A stretch of 56,038 bases of DNA, filler included, from Sphacelaria rigidula (Eukaryota): assembly GCA_964200075.2 (NCBI GenBank). It is 6 parts of 6 records of this genome, joined end to end, with 100 filler letters (N's around TTAATTAATTAA, not from the genome) between each part and the next. Parts side by side here need not be neighbours in the genome. Positions count along the whole stretch, not along the records: positions 46,783 to 56,038 come from CAXNAA020008908.1; 5 more parts are not named here. One strand, written 5' to 3'. Each line of letters starts with the position of its first letter. The first letter of the stretch is position 1. The position numbers and the translations under genes were made by a program. Positions 47,615 to 56,038 of this stretch are shown here, piece after piece. The notes below the pieces were generated by a model, which searched no databases, was not told the origin of the DNA, and saw only the letters and a list, made by a program, of their open reading frames with translations.

Positions 47615-50600
47615 CTTCAGCATCGTCTCTTCCTGCTCGGCCTCGGTGAGCGCGTGAGCTTCGACTTCTGCCTCCAGTGTGAGGTGCAGGTCACCTAGCT
47701 GGCGGGTGCAGACATCCCTATCCGTCTGCAACGTTGTCGACAGCGTGTCCACCCTTGCCTCCGCGGACACGCGAGCTTCTGCCTCCCCCTGCAGCTGGAC
47801 GTTAAGGGCGTCCAGCTCGCGGCCGCAAACCTCCCGGTCCTTCTCGAGCGAAGTAGTCAGCGCGTCCACCCTCGCACTCTCGGTCTTCACCAAGCTCTCC
47901 AGCTTCTCGCTGTGTAGCTTGCTGTCGTCGAGGGCGTCTTGGAGGAGAGCCAGCTGCCGAAGGAGGACGGCTTCCGCCTCCTGGATTATTGTTCAGTTTG
48001 GTGTTCCAGTCGACGGCGCGTGCAGAGAGCGGCGATTTGAGGAACGGGTGAAACCAAACGCCGAGGGCGGCAAAACAGTTCAGCGAGCGGGCGGTCACTA
48101 CACTATGTCACCCTGTCACCGTGTCCGTCCCGCTTTCGCTCTCGTGTGTTGAAGAACAAATGGTATAGAAACAAAAATGTCTCAGGGGCCACCTGGAGCG
48201 AGCACATGCACGAGTGTCTCCCTTCAAATATTTCCGACTTGCTTGTGTATATACAGTATATACACCATGGTTGACATGAGGATGCTTGAACGCAACGTGT
48301 AACGTGATCACCCCTAACGGCAAGGATATTGATCGGCAATATCCCAACAGCTCTCAACTCGGTATCATATCAGGGTCCTAGAGCTTTCAGTGCCCACGGA
48401 GAAAACATGCTCCCCAGGCAACAGCAACAACAGCAACAACAGGATCAGAGCGTTGATTGCAGTGTGCGTGAGCGTAATGATGACCATGTATTTTCACGTA
48501 CCACGACCACTGCCTTCCAAGCTACGGTTACGCACGACGCAGCATCGACTACACAAGAGAAAACAAATCAAGAAGTGACAACGGTCATAAAACGACGAGA
48601 AAAAACACAACGGTGGCGATTTCAACTCACCGCTGGACAAGCCGGAATCGACGATGATACGAGTAACAACAGACTATACAGGGGAAAATTGAGGAAAACG
48701 ACGATCGTTCCGGGGGGAAGGTGGAGGCGTCGTACGGTACTCAGGATTCGCATGAGGTTGCTCTTTGACCGTCGACTACGTACACATCACCGACACTCTC
48801 ACGTGTCTGAACGAAATCTAGCAACCGAGTGAGTGCCTGTAGAATGCACGAGGCATGCATGTGCACCTTGCCTTCCTCATCGCTTCTTAGCGCTACAGCC
48901 CTCCCCGCACACGTGGATGTACAGCACCATGTACGTGCCGTGATATAGACAGCGCTTTCAATCTCCCCCCCCACCCCCGCCGAATACGCCAACTTCGAAC
49001 CGTAGACACATAATCACAACATATCAATGTAACACAAGCACAGCACGCCACCTGCTGCTGCGCGATGGTGCTCTGCATCTCCTCCATTCGGTCCGTGTTG
49101 TGACGAACGGTGTCCTCCAGCTCCGCCACCCTAGACACCGCGAGCTGCTTCTTGTCAGTCATAGCCAAAGATTCCTTCGAAAGCTCTCCCAGCCTTGCGG
49201 TGACTCCGCGGTATTCGGTATCGCAGGTGGTGAGGGCACCCGAAATCTCCAGCCTTTTGTTCAAATCTTTTTCGTGGGCTGCCTCCTCCTCCCGCAGTTG
49301 GTCTTGGAGAGTCACCACGCGCTCGAGTGTCACGTTCCTCTGTTATTTGTTTTTTCCAGTCGATTTGGCAAACGTTTGTGTGGGACGCGGGGGGAGCAAC
49401 GTGAGACATACTATGTATGTAGTACAGTGGACGAGGATGTGATCGTTTCAGAATATTATCGCTGCGACAATTCGAGTCACGCATTTTGTCCCGAGCTTTT
49501 GTTCCACATTTCGACTGAAACACCATTAAACAGTGGTGTGCTTCCAGGATACCCCTGCCGCTGTTGAGACGCTGGGCCATTCGATCGTTTCAACACTCCA
49601 TGAGTGCAAAAGCAGATCGAAGCCATAGCCCATAACTCAGTAGTATTGTCGCACATGATGAAGTTATCCGCTACGAATCCGACATTAGTAACAAGATACA
49701 CGTATACGTATACATACGTATACGACACAAAAAATCGAAAACACCCCACTGATGGAACTTCGAGGAAGGGGAAATACAAGCAAGACAGAAAACAATATCA
49801 ATGGAGTAAAATGCAAAAATGAAGGGAGATAAAAGTGAGGCCAGTATTTACTGCCGGTCCCGAAAATATATACCCAGCCGAGCTGGTTCACGCTCATCAC
49901 CCGAGACATCCTCATCGGCGAATTCCTTCCGCAATACCTACCCAATGGCCGCATGACTGGCACCATATCGACTGCAACGGACAACTGAAGAGGGTGACAC
50001 AGCTGGGGTTTTTTTAAGGCCATAGCGGTGGTGCTAAGGGCTACAAGGTGCCTCGACCAATCGGAGACCTTCAAATTATTTAGAAATCGCTAACATCAAT
50101 TCTCATCACCATTTCTACCTCATTTTCACATACTTCACATCGCAGTAGCCGCCCCCGGCCCGAGAATCTAAGGGGAAGAAAAAGTGAAAACGGTTGCTAT
50201 GATATCAGATTACACTCAAATACGTAGTGTGAACGGTTGCTATAAGATCGGATTACACTCAAAACCGTATAGCGTTTCGGTGATGTCGGGTTTTGGCGTC
50301 GTCGTATTTCCACTGACGATGGACACCAAAGATACATGAAGACACCTGGCGGTTTCCCTCTTCGGTGGCAGAAAAGCTCTGACCACCCTCAAGCCTGGCA
50401 CTTCAGTAGATATCGGTGTTCCGTATGGCAGTATGTATTGTTGACAAATATCTCAAAGATATTTTCTATCCGACTCGATTTCCGCGGGTCCCGGTGTGAA
50501 GACCCCTAGTTGGCGGTACAGGATGACACGAAACGGAAACTTCAAGAATGCTCACGTCCCGGAGTAGTCCAAGGGGCGTTTGTACAGAGTTTCGTTGTGT

Positions 50601-53600
50601 AACTCGCAAAGATTCCGCAACGTATTCTTTTCCACGGTACAGCAAGCCGCCACGGCCCGGCGGTGTAAAAAATAAAATTGTCCGACTGTCGCCATCAGGG
50701 TGCAGCGAACGTTGTTTCGACTCCCGATGCGTTGCATTCTTTCTTTCAGGTATCCGATTTCCACCGTCGAAAGCGTGGGTACGGTGGTAGCAAAATAGTG
50801 TAATATACTTTGTTTGACGAGAGTCGACGCCACGCGGGAGTGCCGGTGGTCATGATCCAGTCCGCGATACCGAAGTGCAAGGCGCGTATCGGGGGAGAGA
50901 TGAGTTGTTTTCTTGACACTACTGTACAGACTCGTCCCGAGGAAGGGCGGGTGTTCAAAATGCGACGAAAAAACTGAAAAAACGTGAGCGATGGTGGCAC
51001 CGTACCAGCAGAGCACCTACCTCCACTTCAAGGATAACCTCAAGCGACTCGATCAACAGGCCCTGGTCGACAGCCGTGATGTTCCGGGCGGCCTTGACGG
51101 TGGAGGAGAGCACATCTGCCTCGAGAGTCTGCTGTGCAAACCTGTACATCCAAGTCGCGAATCACGTCAACCAAGCGAACATGCAAGCGACGGCAGAGGG
51201 GGCAAGAGGTGGATCCAACAACACTGGACAACGCCTGCGCCGTATGCATGTAGCTTGGATGTCAATCATTGCGACAGTCGCACGAAAACACTCCAGCGGT
51301 GTGCTACCAGTGACCCGATGTGGAGCAATGGACAAGTCAGACAAACAAAGTTTATTTCGGTCCAACGCGATGAAGACATCCACCCAACCACCCCAGCACT
51401 TGGACCAAAGTCCTGGTCCCATTCCACAATCAACCTGTATTACGTCAAGGCTCACTCACATTTCGGATGGGGCTACGAGATAAGATTTCTACAAGCGCCG
51501 TGTGACGTGCAGTACGAGTTTGGTACCAGAGGCCCGGTACCCCGACCCATGGCTTGCAGCAAAGATACAGATAGGCAGAGGAATAAGTGCTATACCGATG
51601 AACTGATTGATCGATTGATCGGTTTTTGTACATGAAGTCATCCTCCAGGAATCCAGCCGTGATCACGACATAGGCATAGCCAAGGTAAACAAAAACGGAA
51701 ACACCCGCTACAGGAAATTCGAGGAAGGAGAACAATGCAGAAAAAATTAGATCAGCAGTACTCTGAAATGCGATGAGCAAAGTAAAACTGACACCAAAGT
51801 CCAAAAGGGAGAGGCTGGAAAGGAATGAAAAAAGGCAGGCAAAACAAGAAAAACGGCAAGGTTAAATAAAGCACCGGCTCGGATGAACATAACGGGGAAA
51901 AGGACGGCCACTGCCGCATGGCTTCGAGTTAACAAGTCCCGCAAACAGTAAAAAGCGAAACAACACAAAACCGACAGCAAAAAGGCCCGTGAAAGCAGGC
52001 TAAGGCTCAGCTGTGTTGGAGCCGCACTGTTTGGACATGGAGTCTCCCCTACGAGCTCTGTAGGGACGAGATACGAACAATGTTGTGGTAAATTTCGGTG
52101 GACACTTGATCAGGTATGTACAGCCTAACAACAAACCGCCGTCTTTTTCAGGGCATTACATTTATTGGGCAACCAGCAGTTATTGGGCAACCAGGAGGTG
52201 GAGAGAGAAGACAGCAGGGATATGTGGAGGAACATCGCACACAAAGTGTAACAGACAGCGGGCATATGCACGTGATGTAAACATGAGCATTGCATCGTCT
52301 CGTCTATTCCACCTGGGGAGCTAACACACCTAACCAAACTGTCGAGTCATGTGAGGGTCGAGGTAAGTAACGAGAAGCACACATCACTCCTTGCATCTTC
52401 AGGCATACGCGACAGGGAGATGTTTTCACTCCTCCATCGCCATAGTCATACAATACTATCAATATTCGTGCATCAATAGCATACAGTACCGGCCTGCATA
52501 CATATCAACACACGGACGGGAAGGAGCGACTCATATTGAAACGAGCCGAAACTATCTAGCGAATCTTTGCACCACATTTAAGCACCATGATCGGATCACC
52601 TGCACATTTTTGGAAACCATGCTTACCCGTTGGTTGGACTACGAAGCACTCCCGCACATCTTTGACTCCTCAGGACCATTTATACACACGCGAATCAAGT
52701 CACATCCAGTCTGTCTCGACTAAAGCATGACACTATCAATGCGCAGTGGGGGGCTCCCAGGCGAGGAGCTAATACTCCTTCGTCGGCGGAGCCTTTGCGG
52801 CGGACCCTAATTCGGTGAAAGAGCAAACATTGCTACGAATATTTACATCCAAATGAAGCCACGGCAAATGAGTTGCAGTGAAAATCGAATATAAAAAATA
52901 GCACTCAAATAGCACAGGTGCCGGGGGGGAGATGGCTTGACCCATTGAATAGACAAAACCATAGACTTGTCCCCCGAGGAAGGGGAAGTCATCGCAAGTG
53001 GCGAAGAAAAAGACAAGACCGCCGTGCCCTCGTGGTCAGACCGATACACCGACGGACGGTTACGAAGGAAGGTCACGGGTTACGGGTTCAAATCCCTACA
53101 GATAAGGCCATTCTGGACAGGATCTGGTTCGTTTTGGGCCGTTGAAGGCGTGACGGCGTGAGTAGCGAAGAAAAATCGACGACAGTTGACGTGGTGCGAG
53201 AGTGCTGCTGGTCATCATCCAATCTTGCGATATGAAAATGGCAGGCAGGAAGGTATACTGCCGGGGGATAGACAGGTCGATCTCCTAAGACCACGAAGTT
53301 ATTATTCTGATGAAGGCGAGAGGTTAATGATACGATAAGATATTACATGGCGACGCTAAGAAGAGACAAGAGGAAGCTGTAGGTCACGCCCAAACGGCCA
53401 AACATCGGTTGGGCAGCGCATAAGCCGGTGGTAGACGCATGTATACTTAAATACACACAAACACACATACACCAATTAGCTTACCGCGAGTCGTGGCGCA
53501 AGGAGTCTTCCATGTTGTAAACCGCGATGGCGTTGCGGGCTACCTGGACGGCCTCGCCCGAGTAGCCCTCGTACACAGCCATGTCCAGGTAGAACTGGAC

Positions 53601-53660
53601 AGCGGCCAGGTCGCCTACGCCCAGTAACTCCTCCAGCATATGGCCGCAGTTCTCGTTTCC
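47615..53660 (-). CDS. Unknown coiled-coil protein, four internal exons (gene incomplete at both ends)
   Basis: Exons 53660-53485, 51141-51021, 49339-49052 and 47980-47615 are GT-AG and phase-consistent (2,0,0). Content is E/L/A/Q-rich and heptad-like. The last exon has an internal 39-aa duplication (ARVDALTTSLEKDREVCGRELDAL / ARVDTLSTTLQTDRDVCTRQLGDL). Confidence 0.8.
50654..50982 (+). mobile_element. tRNA-derived SINE family 1 copy (intronic)
   Basis: tccgactgtcgccatcagggtg...tttcgactcccgatgcg...gtatccgatttccaccgt...ggtcatgatcc...gactcgtcccgaggaaggg is the reverse complement of the 27310 and 31230 copies. Confidence 0.8.
51600..51980 (-). mobile_element. Retroposon 3' end with (AATC)-like tail
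   Basis: The minus strand has a T-rich body ending gtgatcacggctggattcctggaggatgac...gatcaatcgatcaatcag. Confidence 0.55.
53025..53330 (+). mobile_element. Divergent SINE family 1-related copy with a different tRNA-like head
   Basis: B-box GGTTCAAATCC at ~53085. The body (gtgagtag..tcgac..agttgacgtggtgcg.gagtgctg..ggtcatcatcc...ccgggggatagacaggtcgatctcctaagaccacg) matches family 1. Confidence 0.6.
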
Positions 53661-55286
53661 CTGATTGTCATAGCGTACACGGCAGCATGGGTAAAACATA
53701 GGCGTTTGAGTACATCACCATCATCACCGCCACCATTGTCTGAGTTGCTCTTCTAATAGACAACAATTTTATCAACTCCAAGTGTAACCGCCCAACTCCG
53801 TCAAGATGAAGGTCAACCGTCACGGAAACGAAGTGCATCGAACGCAATACCTCAGCAACCGTACAGCCAGCCTGTCTCGACTCTACCAAAGGTGTAGGGG
53901 CACGATTAGAATCGCCTCAAGTCTTAGGAATACCTGTGTGTTCACAGTCACTTCGGACCATTTTGTACGAAAAAGGGGGGATTTTCGTAATTTGAAATTT
54001 CTCTCCCCCCAACCCAGGACCGCTCTCGCTCCTTTCCTCACACCTCGACCACATGTTGAACAATCAGCAGCACCATGTGACCAGGAAGCCTCGGGGTTTC
54101 AAGCACTAGTACCGGGTACAGTAGTACCCTAGAGCATCGTCACGGGGTCATCCGATGCTCCCTCCCCCTATATCAAGAACCTACCCCCTATAGGATAAGG
54201 TCAGGTACGACAACAGTTGTGTGAATCAGCTTTCCTGCCCCGCGCGCAGAACAGCCTGGTCCACTAATGGCATACTGCACTGCACTCTACTGTACCGCAC
54301 TGTACTATGGTATGTCTAGGTAAGTTAGTTTTAGTCATAACTTCCGAACGAAAACGAACTGTAATGTGAACCAGTCATGCTTGTGAAGGGGGGGGTTGAA
54401 TTAAGTCGATCGTCGCGAGGTTATTCATTAGATACAACATTTTGGCCCAAAATTAGCCCGAAATTCGTCAGTTTACCCTGAAGAGGAAACTGTTTGCCCC
54501 GAGTTTTCGCGAGACGAATCGATAGTCCACTTGTGAAAAACGTCGTTGTTCGTGTGCCATTACATCGTGATATATTTCATAATATGATTCACACCAAAAA
54601 TCATGCAAACCATACCCACACCATGATGCTCCTCTGCTCCAACATAAAGGCAAGACCAAATAAAATGGAAAATCTCGTGAAATTTCATCTTCCCAGAGAA
54701 TGCAAAAAAAATACTCTTTGGGAGATTCATGAGGGAAAGGATTTGTCGTCCTCGATTTTGAAATCAAGAGGTTGATTGCCGCACGAAAAGCGAACAAAAT
54801 GACCACATTGTACACCTCGATAACTAAACTGCGTCAAGTTTTGCTATTGCAAGAATTTGAGAAAAAAAAAGAAAGAGCAAATTGCAAGAGCTGTTCAATT
54901 CTGACGTCGAAACTGTCATTTGCATAAACACACATCCCCCCGCAAAAAGTCAGCAAGAGCTTCCGAATTTTGGGCACAAAGGGACAACGGCAAAAAATGA
55001 GAAAATATTCTTCACAGACACCTACTCGGAAACCAGGCTTTTCAAGGGGCTTTTGAATATCAGAACAACAACCTCCACCTCGGGAAAAGTGTATGTTTGT
55101 GGTGTGTGACAATATGAAGAAATTGTCCAGGACGAACCATACAGCGGCAGCAATGTGCATCAAGGGGGTAAGGATAGTGGAGTATTAAGCCATCGTCGGC
55201 CGTACGATTTGTGTTACTGACCCCCCGCCCCCCCCCCAATCCCCCTGTGTTCTCCCTGTCGTGCCGATGACGTATCATTTACGCAG

Positions 55287-55406
55287 GAAACACTTGAGGC
55301 GGGCGTTACGGTCGGAGCGAGGCGCCCACACCAGACCTACGGGTATCCGCTCGTGTGGGTTGTGTTCGCCAAACACCTGAGCGCCCGTAGCAACTCTTAT
55401 GTGAAG
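55287..55406 (+). other. Inverted 120-nt exon cassette C (ETLEAGVTVGARRPHQTYGYPLVWVVFAKHLSARSNSYVK), antisense to the host gene
   Basis: tttacgcag|GAA ... AAG|gtacca on the plus strand. Same length, intact splice sites, no stops. Not reported by the ORF track. Confidence 0.8.
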
Positions 55407-55448
55407 GTACCATAGAAAAGGAAGTACCCCTAATCTTTTCTGAGGTAC

Positions 55449-55568
55449 CTTTACGTAGGCCTCGCTACGGGCGCTCAGGTTCTTGGTGAAAGTATCCCGA
55501 ACGAGTGGGTAACTGTGGATGTGGTGTGCGTGCCTCGCTTCGGCCGAAACACCCGGCTCGAATGTTTC
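55449..55568 (-). CDS. 120-nt phase-0 exon cassette B (ETFEPGVSAEARHAHHIHSYPLVRDTFTKNLSARSEAYVK)
   Basis: tttgcgcag|GAA ... AAG|gtacct. Open frame. Confidence 0.75.
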
Positions 55569-55814
55569 CTGCGCAAATGATACGCCATCGACATGGCAGA
55601 GAGAACACAAGTGACTCTCACAATCATTGTTAGGGAGGACAACGTACCAAGTATTTTGCTTCCCGAGGGGTAAGTATCGCCCGGTCAGTGTTTCAGCGTT
55701 CATAATTTTTGTATCGTGACTAGCTTGTCCCCACCGCTCAAACTCATCAAGCACGCAAATAAGGGATGAACCAAAGAATAAAGTCAAGCTTCTCTCTTTT
55801 TCTGAGGTACCCAC

Positions 55815-55934
55815 CTTGATATAAGAATTGCCACGTGCGGCGAGGTGCTTTCCAAAAACATCCCGGACAAACGAGAACCCGTAGATGGCGTGGGCGTGCC
55901 TGGCTTCGGCCGCGATGCCCGCCTCAAATGATTC
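55815..55934 (-). CDS. 120-nt phase-0 exon cassette A (ESFEAGIAAEARHAHAIYGFSFVRDVFGKHLAARGNSYIK)
   Basis: tttacgcag|GAA ... AAG|gtgggt. Paralogous to cassettes B and C. Confidence 0.75.
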
Positions 55935-56038
55935 CTGCGTAAATGATAAAGCCATCGGCACGACAGGGAGAACACAGGGGGGCGCGGGGGGGTGTACTCA
56001 TGACCATGCATGCCATAGTCATAAGACCATTGACCTCG

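Noticed and set aside
50184-50263. ~37-bp direct repeat (acggttgctat..atc.gattacactcaaa) x2
   Set aside because: An ordinary local intronic duplication with only two copies.
55275-55961. A single 228-aa protein as given in the ORF track
   Set aside because: It reads through a 246-nt in-frame intron and the antisense strand of cassette C. The splice signals define 120-nt exons instead.

Overview
Eukaryotic, intron-rich and repeat-rich DNA. The gene structure and repeat families suggest a brown alga (Phaeophyceae, Ectocarpus-like); this is an inference. The window is not one locus. It is six pieces of 9256-9257 bp joined by identical 100-nt N44-TTAATTAATTAA-N44 linkers, so nothing can be inferred across the joins. 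Piece 1 holds a ~2.75-kb element with long inverted repeats and a decayed, 3'-truncated DIRS/Ngaro-type retrotransposon (CCCH gag, 27-bp coding minisatellite, RT, RNase H). Piece 2 holds the last six exons of pyruvate dehydrogenase E2 (DLAT), with SINEs and MITEs in the introns. Piece 3 holds a near full-length decayed RTE-clade LINE. Piece 4 holds an unknown Cys-rich gene with a 57-aa repeat and a zf-4CXXC-like finger, plus a Tc1/mariner-type MITE carrying a SINE. Piece 5 holds nine exons of an ARMT1/DUF89 damage-control phosphatase. Piece 6 holds an unknown coiled-coil gene. The most interesting signal is at 55.2-56.0 kb. Three intact, diverged 120-nt phase-0 exon cassettes lie there, two on the gene's strand and one inverted, and near-identical intronic inverted repeats bracket the block. 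This looks like an invertible or exon-shuffling cassette system.
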